Below, piece by piece: positions 1-12,457 of a stretch of DNA of 64,000 nt; the first letter of the stretch is position 1, and every line of letters begins with the position of its first letter. Under the pieces are notes generated by a model. It was not told the origin of the DNA and made no database searches. It saw nothing but the letters and a program-made list of their open reading frames with translations. The DNA comes from Octopus sinensis (lineage: Eukaryota), in contig NC_043005.1 in assembly GCF_006345805.1 (NCBI RefSeq), positions 103,664,001 through 103,728,000 on the forward strand, given 5' to 3'. Position numbers and translations under genes: made by a program.

Positions 1-357
1 ATCATCATCATATCATCATTGTTTAACATTCGCTTTCCATGCTAGCATGGATTGGACAATTTTGACTGAGGGCTGGCGAACCAGATGGTTGTACCAGGCT
101 TCAATCTTGATCTGGCAGAGTTTCCACAGCTGGATGCCCTTCCTAATGCCAACCACTCCGAGAGTGAAGTGGGTGCTTTTTACGTGCCACCGTCACGGGG
201 GGGCCAGTCAGGCGGTACTGGCAACGACCTCGCTCGAATCTTTTTACACATCCCACCAGTACAGGCGCCAGTAAGGCGACGTTGGTAATGATCACGCTCG
301 AATGGAACCCTTTTACGTGCCACTGGTACGGAAGCCAGTTGGCTGCTCTGGCAACAA
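1..357 (-). mobile_element. RTE-derived 3' UTR repeat, (GAT)n-tailed
   Basis: Shares GGAAGGGCATCCAGCTG and the internal repeats with the 14.1-14.9 kb LINE family. Confidence 0.7.
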
Positions 358-656
358 GACAAACTTTTTCTTGCCGATGGAGGTGGATAGCTCACTAAAC
401 ATTCTCCAGCTAGTCCTTACTCTAGAAACTTTACTTCAAAAAAGAACATCCTCCTCCGTTGTTATTTAGATCACTTAGCCTTAAGAAAATATCTACTACA
501 GCTAAGTATCTCTCCAAACATTTGAGAAAATCTGCCTCCCAAGTGGTTCCCAGAAAAGGGTGACCATTAGCAACAAGTACAGCAATGAATTTAGTTTGTA
601 GGTCAGAGTTCACCAGGGCTTGGATTTTACTTTCTATTTATCATAGTCCTCTGGCC

Positions 657-1026
657 CATTTGACTGTGGCCATGCTGGAGCACCGCCTTTATTCGAGCAA
701 ATTGACCACAAGACTTATACTTTGTAAGCCTAGTACTTATTCTATCGGTCTCTTTTTCCAAACCGCTAAGTTACGGGGACATAAACACACCAGCATCGGT
801 TGTCAAACAATGTTAGGGGACAATAACAGACAAACAAACATATACACACATACATATATATACATATATACGATGGGCTTCTTTCAGTTTCCATCAACCA
901 AATCCACTCACAAGGCTTTGGTCAGCCCGAGGCTAAAGTAGAAGACACTTGACCAAGGTGCCACGCAGTGGGACTGAACCCGGAGCCATGTGGTTCGTAA
1001 GCAAGCTACTTACCACACAGCCACTC
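657..1026 (-). mobile_element. tRNA-derived SINE family A
   Basis: Head GAGTGGCTGTGTGGTAAG...GGTTCAGTCCC (A/B-box-like), internal TA/TG tract and conserved tail. Confidence 0.8.
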
Positions 1027-1131
1027 AACCTTCCTCCAATGCACCTCTTATATGTCCATAGTTTATACTGGTACACCATATGGAATTTCTACCTACACCT
1101 CCTCTACATACCAATCAGGTTTATTTTCCTG

Positions 1132-1461
1132 ACATGTGCTGGTGGCACATAAAAAGCACCATCCGAACCAGCTGCCAATGCCAGCTCCACCTTGATTGGC
1201 TTCCGTGTTGGTGGCACATAAAAAGCACCAACCGATCGTGGCCGTTGCCAGCCTCCTCTGGCCCCTGTGCTGGTAGCATGTAAAAAGCATCCACTACACT
1301 CACAGAGTGGTTGGTGTTAGGAAGGGCATCCAGCTGAAGAAACACTGGCAGATCAGACTGGAGTCTGGTGCAGCCTCCTAGCTTCCCAGATCCTGGTTGA
1401 ATCGTTCAACCCATGCTAGCATGGAAAACAGATGTTAAACGATGATGATGATGATGATGAT
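1132..1461 (+). mobile_element. RTE-derived 3' UTR repeat, (GAT)n-tailed
   Basis: Same family, ending AAACGATGATGATG. Confidence 0.7.
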
Positions 1462-1560
1462 TCATATCCTGTCTGTTTTCATTCTTGCTAGGACTCTGGT
1501 CATTGCTAAGTTAACTTTAAGGCCCTCCGATTCCAATTTACCTTAAGTACTTGGAACTTC

Positions 1561-1974
1561 GGATCTTTTCAGTTTGAACGGCAGTTTTTTAAAATAATTT
1601 CCACATAACTAAACACTCTTAAACTTCGTATACTGGTAGAATGTGTTTATAAAACATCTTTTTCTCTTAGCTTTATTGAGAAAATTCTATAGTTTGTAAG
1701 ATATTTGTTGTTTTTTTCTTCAATTTCTGCAATTTCAACCAATCATTGACATCTATTGAGGTGAAAACATTCTGTGCCATATGAATATGTCCCTTGTTTA
1801 AGAAACAGATTGGGTTTATTTACATTTCTGAAGAAAAAAGATACCCTTCCCCCCACCCCTAATCCTAACCCTAAAACAGATTGAAATGCAATAGATCGAT
1901 ACTAGGGCCATAATTATGGGTGACAATTTCATATGACAACACTAGAAAAACTGCCATTCAAACCGAAAAGATCC
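1561..1974. mobile_element. MITE with ~29-bp TIRs and an 8-bp TSD (Merlin- or hAT-like)
   Basis: GGATCTTTTCAGTTTGAACGGCAGTTTTT / AAAAACTGCCATTCAAACCGAAAAGATCC, with flanks GGAACTTC and GGAATTTC. Confidence 0.8.
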
Positions 1975-2624
1975 GGAATTTCTTATCTAATTCTACTATA
2001 AATTCAGTTATAAGAATAAGGCCATCAGCAGAGGAGTTCCCACGGGCAATCAATCTTAAACTCTTCTGTTATGGGCCAGAGAACTATGATAAAAAGGAGA
2101 AAGTAAAATCCAAGCCCTGATGAACTCTGTTCACTGCTGTACTTGTTGCTAATGGTCACCTTTTTCTGAGAACCACTTCCTTTTGTCCCCTGCATTCTCA
2201 ATAGCATTTGATACCATACTACCTTATTTTCCAAACACCACTTTTCCCCTCCCCCTTACTCTTCTACACCTCTTCATATCTGCCAGCATCTCCTTCCATC
2301 CTGGTATGTCACTATTTCCACTGCTATCTATCTCTCATCTCATTCCTGTCAATGCACATCTCTCTCTTACACACACACACACACTTCACATCATTTGTAC
2401 TGATACCTATCACCTCCCTCACTCAGCCTGATTCCTGCCACCTTTTCCTTCCAAACTGAGCTTCACCACTGACCAAACCTTCACCTATTTTCACCATTTA
2501 CTGCATTCTCCTCAATTCCAATCACGATCCTTCAATCATCCTTCATTCACTCTCAATTTTCCCACCCACTCACCCTGTTTGATCCTGTTTCATTTTTCTC
2601 TTATATCATTACATTGAAACCTTG

Positions 2625-3037
2625 ACTGGCTGTGTGGTAAGTAACTTGCTTACCAACCACATGGGTCCGGGTTCAGTCCCACTGCGTGGCACCTTGGCCA
2701 AGTGCCTTTTACTATAGCCTCAGGCCTACCAAAACCTTGTGAGTGGATTTGGTAGACGGAAACTGAAAGAAGCCCGTCGTATATATGTATATATATACAT
2801 ATATATATGTATGTGTATTTATATGTTTGTGTGTCTGTGTTTGTCCCCCCAACATCGCTTGACAACCGATGCTGATGTGTTTATGTCCCCGTCACTTAGT
2901 GGTTCGGCAAAAGAAACTGATAGAATAAGTACTATGCTTACAAAGAATAAGTCCTGAGGTCGATTTGCTCGACTAAAGGCGGTGCTCCAGCATGGCCACA
3001 GTCAAATGACTGAAACAAGTAAAAGAGTAAAAGAGAA
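2625..3037 (+). mobile_element. tRNA-derived SINE family A
   Basis: Full head, body and (GTAAAAGA)n tail. Confidence 0.85.
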
Positions 3038-3376
3038 TATCATCACCAACTTCCCAATTTCCTCCCTTTTCCAGCTGGGAAGGCCACATGTCTCCTCTAT
3101 CGCAAGGCATCTGTTTCTGTCCTTCTACCTCACTTTATACTCTCATCATGTGGCATAAAGCCACGAGTGAGCTCACTAGTGCTGGTGTCATAAACAAATG
3201 CACTCAATACACTTTATGAAGTGGTCGGCATTAGGAAGAGCATCAATCCATAGAAACTATGCCAAAGCAGATTTTGAGGCCTATCAAACTGTCCAGCTTA
3301 TGCTAACTTGGAAGATGGACACTAATATTGTGTGTGTGTGTGTGTGTGAGCATGCATATATATACATACATATATA

Positions 3377-3412
<36 letters not shown>

Positions 3413-3536
3413 ATATATATATATGTATATATAAATATACACACACACACACACACACATATATATATGTAACCGCATGTGTATCGTTGGCGATTATCTT
3501 TCTCCGTCTTCCCTTCCTTGGACCTTTCCTTTTACT

Positions 3537-3575
3537 GTGTTTCTGACGAAGAGCTCCGCTCGAAAGGTTAAATCC
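3537..3575 (+). ncRNA. Degenerate minimal hammerhead motif in a short PLE-like fragment (~3470-3665)
   Basis: GTTT-CTGACGA-A-GAGC-TCC-GCTC-GAAAG-GTT-AAAT. Core and stem II are present, with GAAAG in place of GAAAC. The fragment sits in TA/CA repeats. Confidence 0.55.
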
Positions 3576-3661
3576 TCCTTCTTTCTTTCCTTTCCTGGGT
3601 GTCCAATAACACTATACTTGTTCCACGTCCTTGTGTTTTCTTTGTGTTTTCATGTATGGAA

Positions 3662-3702
<41 letters not shown>

Positions 3703-3742
3703 TACACACATGTACCTATATATGTATTTATAAATATATGTG

Positions 3743-3773
<31 letters not shown>

Positions 3774-4187
3774 GTATATAGATAGACATAAGGATATATA
3801 CATACACATATGTACATACACAAACACATATACACTCACAAATACACACACACATACACACTCATGTATGTGTGTGTGTATTGTATGAGCATGTATGTAT
3901 GTATGCATGCATGTATGGCCAAACTTACATATCCATTAATGCACCTATGATTCCAGATGCATAAGCTTACGCATTAACGCATATTTGTTTGCACATGTAA
4001 AAGTATATTTAAACGCATAAACACACAGAGCTATATACATACACACGTTTCATGCATACATATGCACACACATACAGATACATGTGTGTGTGTGCGTGTG
4101 TGTGTGCGTGTGTGTTATTTTGTAATATCTATTTTATAAGTATAGTTTTTTATTTAAAAACATATGTACGCTTGTGGTATATATATG

Positions 4188-4227
<40 letters not shown>

Positions 4228-4906
4228 TAAAAAACACATACACACACATATAGCTCAAGCATACACATACAGACACATACTTCAGATGATGATAAGAAAT
4301 GGTTGCAGGGAAGGAATGGTTAACTTCAGTTTAGATGTCCGATTATGACTTCAGTTGTTTTTCTTGTGGCATTTACCAAACAGGCAGGCACTACTCTATA
4401 GAAACGGGGATGGTGGTGGGTGAGGAATAGAGTTGGAAGTAAGATAGAGACAGAGAGAGAGAAGAGAAAGGATAAGAGAAAGAGAGAATGTGAGAGTCTT
4501 AGAATTCTTGGCAAGAACAGCAACATGAGACCACTGCCAAAAGAAGATTACCAAGCACCAAAAGAATGCAAAGCATTGTCAGAACAGTGATGATGATGCT
4601 GATGATGATAATGATGATAATGGCAGTGATGCTGACTATGGTGATGGTATGACGATACAGGATTGTCAAGTTAGGAGTTTTAGTTTTGGCCGTGGTGGTG
4701 GTGGTGGTGATGATGATGATGACAGTAGCGGTGGTAGTAATGGTGTTGGTGTTGTTGTTGGTGGTGGTAGTAGTGCTTCTGGTGGTGTCTGTGGTAGGGT
4801 GGAGGGATGAAGAGGCAAAAGTTTTTCGCCAGCAGAAATGCTGGCAACGGTTCCAATGAAAAATCGGCAAAACTACCAGAAACAAACAAACGTCTTACAA
4901 CAAATA

Positions 4907-4942
<36 letters not shown>

Positions 4943-5394
4943 GTAGATTGCTTTCGATGGATTGTCTGTTTCGGGATTGGTCAGACATTTGGCTGCGTTT
5001 TGTAGAGAAGAAAAGAGAACAACCGAAAGAGTTTTCCAGAAAGAAACACTTGTTTATAATAAGTAAAATATAAATATGATTCCACACAATGGTACAATAA
5101 GAAATGGAGGGAGATTTGCAAAGGAGCGAGGGTTGTGGTAAATCAATTTATTCCTACCACATGAATGCTACTAATACTACCACAATATGTTACTATGACT
5201 GCCACATGAATGCTATATAACTGCCACATGACTACTACATGATGGCGACATGATTGCTGACGTAACTGTGACCTGACTGCAACATAACTTCTACAGACTA
5301 ATATGAAATCACTACAAAACTGAACCCAGTGAAACTGAACCCAGAACCATGTGGTTGGTAAGCAAGCTACTTACCACACAGCCACTCTTGTGCC

Positions 5395-5426
<32 letters not shown>

Positions 5427-6337
5427 GAGAGAGAGGATCCGGCCCACCTACCCAACCTCCTTCAGTCATGAATGACCATGGGATTGCACCTCCATGCAGT
5501 CAGCCATGCGTACCACTCCATGCCACCAATGTTATCCAAGGGTAAGGCAAAGGGGCCAATACAGTTTGGCACCAGTGACATCACAACTCATTTTTACAGA
5601 TGTGTGAACTGAGGCAATGTGAAGTAAAGTGTCTTGCTCAAGAACACAACACAGCCCAGTCCAGGAATTGAACTCACTACCTCATGATTGTGAGCCTGAC
5701 GTTTTATATAATCATCATAACTTCAATGTACACTTTCCCATGTTTCCATGCTTGCATGGGTTGGACAGAATTTGTTGACAGAGGGGGATTTCCTGTGGTC
5801 GGATGCTCTTCCTATCACCAACCCTTACCTCTTTCCAAGTATGATAATATTTCCCAATGGCTGACATTGCTTGCATGACAGTAAAACCACACAAAGTTAC
5901 AGCACGGAGACGGTGTGACACACACACACACACACACATACACAATAGGCTTCTTTCAATTTCCATCTACCAAATCCGCTCGCAAGTGGAAGATATTTGC
6001 CCAAGGTGCCATGCAGTGGGTTTGAACCCGAAACCATGTGGTTGGGAAGCAAACTTCTCAAGCACATAGCATGCCTGTGTATTTCCTTTATTGGCCTGAG
6101 ATATACAACTATATCGTGAGTTAAGAGAGCTCCTATGCAACTCATTCAGCTGCTAGAATTAGCAGCTAAATACCTCTCAGCCTACTACCTATACTCTTAA
6201 AACAAAAAGCATCACTGAGAACATATTGAATGTTTAGAGGGCTCAGCGAATGGTAAATATTTATCATAGATATAATGACATTGATGACGATGAAAAAGAA
6301 GATGACTGCAAGGAAGAAAATATTTCATACATATAGC

Positions 6338-7557
6338 CATAGGAGTGGGTGTGTGGTAAGTAGCTTGCTTACCAACCACATAGTTCCGGGTTCAGTCCCA
6401 CTGCATGGCACCTTGGGCAAGTGTCTTCTACTATAGCCTCGGGCCAACCAAAGCTTTGTGAGTGGATTTGGCAGACAGAAACTGAAAGAAGTCCGTCGTA
6501 TATATGTATGTATATATATATATCATCATCATCATCATCATCATCGTTTAACGTCCGTTTTCCGCGCTAGCACGGGTTGGACGGTTTCGACCGGGGTCTG
6601 GGGAGCTCGGGACTGCCCCAGGCTCCAGTCTAGTCTGGCAGCGTTTCTACAGCTGGATGCCCTTCCTAACGCCAACCACTCCGCGAGTGTAGTGGGTGTT
6701 TTTTACGTGCCACCTGCACAGGTCCAGAGGGGTCTGGCATCGGCCACGTTCGGATGGTGCTTTTTATGGGGGGGTGCAGAAATATAGGGGAGCACCAGTG
6801 GGAGGGGTGGTTCAGAGGACAGGTACTAGTCAAGTAGAACGTAGGATATCGAGAGAGGGGTAATGCATGGTGAAATAGCGTATTGAAGAGGGGGTCAAAG
6901 AGTAGACACCTATAATGGTGGTGGGGGTGCAGAAATATAGGGGAGCACCAGTGGGAGGGGTGGTTCAGGGGACAGGTTCTAGGCAAGTAGAACGTAGGAT
7001 ATCGAGAGAGGGGTAATGCATGGTGAAATAGCGTATTGAAGAGGGGGTTCAAAGAGAGACACCTATAATGGTGGTGGGGGGGTGCAAAATATAGAGGAGC
7101 ACCAGTGGGAGGGGTGGGCACCAGTGGGAGGGGTGGTTCAGAGGACAGGTTCTAGGCAAGTAGAACGTAGATATCGAGAGAGGGGTAATGCATGGTGAAT
7201 AGCGTATGAAGAGGGGGTTCAAAGAGTAGACACCTATAATGGTGGTGGAGGGTGCAGAATATAGGGGAGTACCAGTGGAGGGGTGGTTCAGAGGACGGTT
7301 CTAGGCAATATATATATATATTATATACACACATATATGTATGTGTGTGTATATATTTGTGTGTCTGTGTTTGTCCCCCCAACATTGCTTGACAACCAAT
7401 GCTGGTGTATTTACGGCCCCCGTAACTTAGCAGTTCAGCAAAAGAGATCGATAGAATAAGCACTAGGCTTACAAAGAATAAGTCCTGGGGTCGATTTGCT
7501 CGACTAAAGGCAGTGCTCCAGCATGGCCACAGTCAAATGACTGAAACAAGTAAAAAA
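6338..7557 (+). mobile_element. SINE family A interrupted by an RTE 3' UTR piece and a minisatellite
   Basis: Head at 6338-6520 and tail at 7308-7557, with a nested insert at 6521-7307 in the internal TA tract. Confidence 0.75.
6768..7307. repeat. ~155-bp G-rich minisatellite, ~3.4 copies
   Basis: GGGGTGCAGAAATATAGGGGAGCACCAGTGGGAGGGG recurs near 6772, 6924, 7079 and 7250. Confidence 0.9.
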
Positions 7558-7570
7558 AAACATACAAATT

Positions 7571-7606
<36 letters not shown>

Positions 7607-8364
7607 GTATGTATGTATGTATATATATATATTTATGAATAAAGGTAAAATGGAATAGCTGTAATACCATATATTCCACTCTTATGATATATATGCATGT
7701 GTGTATCTATATGTATATATACATGTGCACATATAGACACGTTCATACCGAAATATGAAGACACACACACTAAAATACACAGAGCACATACACAAAGAAT
7801 AACGTAATCATACAGAATATTAAAAGAATACACACACATACACACACACATTTATACACTCACCTACATGACATACAAGCATATACTGAAAGACGGAAAT
7901 GCATTACAGCAGTAACACAACACTACCAGGTGTGTGCACGTGTTTACGCAAATGAGAAAACACATACACACACACACACATACATACACACACACACATT
8001 CTGACATAATTCTATAAAAACAAGATGGAACTGAAAGAAAAAATATCCAAGTCTCATGGTTGCTAAGTGCATTAAACAGAGACTCAGAACTGTCAAATCT
8101 GTTGGAATATTTCTTTTTGTGGCACAAAACTACAACAACAATGACAATAACCAATAACCAATAATATAATAATAATAATAATAGCAACAACAACAACACT
8201 AATGTGTACAGCAACAACCACAAGTGTTAGAAATAAAAAAAAAAATATTGAAACCTATAACAGCAATTTTTTTATTATTTTCATGCAACAGAAACAGCAA
8301 TAACAACACTTCTTTCCAATATTAAATCATTAAGTATGTGTTTATAAGGGTATATATATATGCT

Positions 8365-8552
8365 AAAATTATAAATTAGGGTATCTACGAGATACCACCA
8401 TGCTGAAAATAGCAGCCATGATCTGACTCTAAAACCACCTTAATTGTCCATATCGCAAACACAATATGGACAATTAAGGTGGTTTTGGAGTCAGATCATG
8501 GCTGCTATTTTCAGCATGGTGGTATCTCGTAGATACCCTAAGATATAATTTT
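8365..8552. repeat. Near-perfect palindrome (78-bp arms, 10-nt loop)
   Basis: 8376-8453 is the reverse complement of 8464-8541 with one mismatch. Confidence 0.95.
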
Positions 8553-8639
8553 AATAATTATTACCTTTAAAGGTTATTTTTTCCATGCTGACCACTTGAT
8601 AAAATCGTTATTTTATTTTAAATTAACGATCTTATCCTT

Positions 8640-8935
8640 ATTTATATAAATTTATATATATATATATTATATACGTATATACATATATAATATATACGTA
8701 TATATATGTATATATGTATGTATATATATATATATATATATACGTATATATATATGTATATATGTATGTATATATATATATATATATATACATATATATA
8801 CATATATATATATACATATATAATATATATATATATATATATATACATATATATACGTATATATATACATATAGATATATATATACATATATATACATAT
8901 ATATATATACATATATATATATATATTACATATAG

Positions 8936-8969
<34 letters not shown>

Positions 8970-9002
8970 AATATAGATATATATATACATATAGATATAT
9001 AT
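8640..9002. repeat. (TA)n-type microsatellite field, representative of many
   Basis: Similar TA, CA, GA, TAA and ATC fields at 3330-3900, 24030-24470, 29340-29800, 30220-30540, 35760-36080, 42000-42370, 46500-47000 and 49120-49610. Confidence 0.95.
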
Positions 9003-9100
9003 AACGGGAAGCTTTATGAAAATAAACAAAAGACGAAGGCAGGTGGAAAACAAACGAACAATTGTATTAGTATGGCGCTCAGGAAATATAAATAAAACAA

Positions 9101-9140
9101 GTCTTTAACGTTTTGAGCCTACGCTCTTCAACAGAAAGAT
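9101..9140 (-). ncRNA. Degenerate minimal hammerhead motif in a short PLE-like fragment (~9003-9212)
   Basis: Minus strand TCTTT-CTGTTGA-A-GAGC-GTAG-GCTC-AAAAC-GTT-AAAGA. Stems I and II pair, but GAAA is mutated to AAAA. Confidence 0.55.
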
Positions 9141-9399
9141 ACACAGAGAGAGAAAAACACAGAAAGAAGGAGAGAAAAAAAATGCATGCAGTAGCTAACG
9201 AATCAACATGGCGATATATATATATACATATAGATATATATATATATACATATATATATATTATATATATATATATATATTATATATATATATATATATA
9301 TACCGGAGTAAACACATAAATGTGAAACAAGGTAGAAAAAGAGTACTCAAATACCAGTGGTAGAGTAATATGCTTTATTTAAAGCAGCAGAAAATTCAA

Positions 9400-9450
9400 C
9401 AAAATTTGTTACTCTGAGTTTCTCGTTGCCGTTCATCAGACAGTTTTTGC
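9400..9450 (-). ncRNA. Minimal type I hammerhead ribozyme in the PLE 3' pseudo-LTR
   Basis: Minus strand AAAACTGT-CTGATGA-ACGGCAACGA-GAAAC-TCAGA-GTA-ACAAATTTT. Core is intact, with a GUA cleavage triplet and a near-palindromic stem III (ACTC-A-GAGT). Confidence 0.75.
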
Positions 9451-10572
9451 TAGAATGGAACCGATATATCAATTCAATCCAGACTCTTACAAACGCTACA
9501 CCTTTTTAAAAAAATGGACTTGTTTGATTGGCCCTTTAGAAATAACGGTCAATCTTCGAGCGATAAACAAAAAAGAGCTCAAAAATATATGTATATATAT
9601 ATAAAAAATTATAAAAATTATTAAAAAAAATTATAAAATTCGAGGAAAAAACCTTACATTGAATAAAATACATATTGACGTTAATAAAGAAAATATAATT
9701 AATGCATAGAAATTAAAACTTATTATAAATATTACACTGCAATACATATTCATATTAAAGTGTACATATATATATCAACATACACAGAAGGATGCATGCA
9801 AACGCCATACATATACAGACGTATAAATATAAATATAAAATATACACACAAATGCATGCATACATATGTACGCAATCTATCTCGCACGCAAGTTAAAATC
9901 ATCGATGTAGCGTTTCTCATTTACTGAGTAAAGCTTAGGTAAGGGGGACGTAAAGTTGTATCAGTATCAGTTAGAGAAAAAAACGAAAGAAAGGAAGAGA
10001 GAGAAAAAGGAACGAAGAAGGGGAAGGAAAAAACAAAAAGGAGGGGTGGGGAAAAAAACGAAATAAGAAAAATTATGTAACAAGCTGTGTAACCGCGTTA
10101 TTGACATATATGGAGACAAGTATACAAATACACAAGTTCGAATGGATACATACACATACAGTCGTGTATGTGTGTGCTTAAGCACAAACATACACTCACT
10201 TACACATACACAGATACGCATGCTTACAAATACATATCCATGGCTATATACATATTTATATCAAAATTCTAATTTATGACAACATTGCTTTTTAAAAAAA
10301 GGTGAGTGCAATAATGAAAAATACACGAAAGACATAAAATATAACACCCTATTTTGGATCATCTATAAATTAAAAATCAAGGTAATCCTATACAATACAA
10401 TAACATGAAATAAACAAAGCCGAAGGTTTTTCCTAATGTATATGTAGAAATATAAGACTTTGCTATACGGAATGAAATCTGCATAGCACGAAACAAATCC
10501 ATCGTCGCGTTTACATACTAGTTCAAGAATCAAAATCAAAATTTCAAAAATCAAAAATACAAAATATATACT

Positions 10573-12330
10573 CTATCCATATGGTATATTTATATTTGAC
10601 ATTTTAAATTTGGTTGCGTGTCTACATAAGTTCATTAGCTCACTTCTTTGATTCAAAGAATTATTGTCTTTGAATAAAATGTACAGTTTTTCTAATAGGC
10701 AAAGTTTGCATTTAAAATTATTTCTGTGTGCTCCATGCCTGTATGGTGCCGCTCTGTCCAGAATGCTCCATGTCACGTTGAAAGGTGGGGTTTCCTTTTC
10801 TTTTAGTTCCCAGACATATTTTGCTAGGCTGGTCCTCTTCCTATTCTATGGGTATTTAAATGAATTTTTATGTGAATAAAATCGTGTTTTAAATGAATTT
10901 TCTGAAGCCCTTGTGTATGTCTTGTATTCCGATGAGCCTTCTATTTGCACTTTGGCTCTATAAACTACTCCTTTCACTAGACATTTCCCTTCTAACGGAC
11001 AGGAGTTTTCGTTTTTGCAATTGCATTTCTTAATGGGCTCGGCACCATGTCTAATCTCAATCAGATTCCTATTATGCTGGCTAATGTAAGAGGTGAAATT
11101 TCTGCAACAAGAATAGCTAACCTTCAGGGTTCTTCTATTAAATATCCTATAGAATTTATGACCCTGCTTAAAATGCTTAGAGACTCATCTCAAAAATTCC
11201 TTACCTATATTAGTCTTTACGGCCAAATTGAAAGCCGGGTTGAACCACAAAACTTCCCTGGTCCTAGTTCTTTGTGCAGCATTATTACCAGCATTAAGCT
11301 GGTTGTACTGGATCTTCTCAGAGAATCCACTATTCTTTAATGCGCTATCGTAATAAGGTGCAGCATTATGGAATGCTGCCTCGTCCGAAGAAATTGAAGA
11401 TATTCTTCTACCTACATTGCTGACTAAGTTCCTAAGGATAACTGGTGGATGGTTCGAATCTTTGCTAATATACGATCGCCTTTCATTGGGCTTACGGAAA
11501 GGTTTAAATCTATCCGACCTTACATTAAAATTTACGTCTAAAAAATCTACACTATTCAGGTTAGCATCTATTGTAACCCGTAAGCCCATCCTTTGAAAGA
11601 AAGCAATAAGGTCCTTCCTAAGTCTATCTGACTCATGATCGTTTAGATTATGCGTGGCTATAAGGCCGTCATCCCTATATAAACCTGCATCTATAAATGG
11701 GAATTCTATTTTTAGATTATGGAGAATAAAGGCTCCTATGAGCATACATAACTCAGCCCTGTCGTATGCCCCCATCGGTACATCGAAAAGAGAATCCTCA
11801 GTCTTCTTAATCCAGGTGGAATCCTCGAAAAAAAGAAGCGATTTCCTCGCATTGCATAATAATATCAATTTCTGAGCTATCGATGTTGACATACTGCTTG
11901 GCGAAGTCCAATGCCCTTAGGAGCAACGTCCTAGATATTGACGGGTAAAAGTCAATAATGTCGAATTGTGTGAAACTACAATTATTCTTATAGCTAATAC
12001 CTTTAAACCACTCTATGACTGACTTACTATTCTTCCAAATTCTCAAGTCTACTTCACTATCTAACTTAGCTAAAATACGGTCCAAAATATTTTTGCTAAT
12101 GATTCCTATCTCAGTTTTAGCCGGATTTATCAATCTACATTTGGGGTTTCTATTAAAATTGGCTTTATGCTCTTTCAAGGAAATAAAAGCTGGTCGTGGT
12201 GAAAGATATGCAATCCTATCGCTAATCTTAAGATCGTTAGTTATTCCTCTTGCTTCTAAGTTCACCTCTTTGTATATATTCGTGTTGTCTTTTTTGTATG
12301 TGTCCGTGACACTATTCGAAATCAGGCGCA
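10573..12330 (-). pseudogene. PLE RT/GIY-YIG endonuclease ORF, disrupted
   Basis: NPKCRLINPAKTEIG, FTQFDIIDFYPSI and YRDDGL. Manual translation continues CNCKNENSCPLEGKCLVKGVVYRAKV...YTRASENSFKTRFYSHKNSF and CKLCLLEK...LNQRSELMNLCRH. Lesions: frameshift near 11855, TGA at 11185-11187, TAG near 10847, and YIG changed to YTR. Confidence 0.9.
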
Positions 12331-12405
12331 TTTTTTTTTTTTTTTTTTTAAAAGGTGTAGCGTTTGTAAGAGTCTGGATTGAATTGATATATCGGTTCCA
12401 TTCTA

Positions 12406-12457
12406 GCAAAAACTGTCTGATGAACGGCAACGAGAAACTCAGACTAACAGATTTTGT
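12406..12457 (+). ncRNA. Hammerhead ribozyme copy in the inverted pseudo-LTR
   Basis: AAAACTGT-CTGATGA-ACGGCAACGA-GAAAC-TCAGA-CTA-ACAGATTTT. GUA is changed to CUA, and stem I pairs better than in the 9.4-kb copy. Confidence 0.7.

Noticed and set aside
8638-9095. Many YI/CV/HT/LS-rich ORFs here and throughout the window
   Set aside because: They are translations of TA, CA and GA microsatellites.
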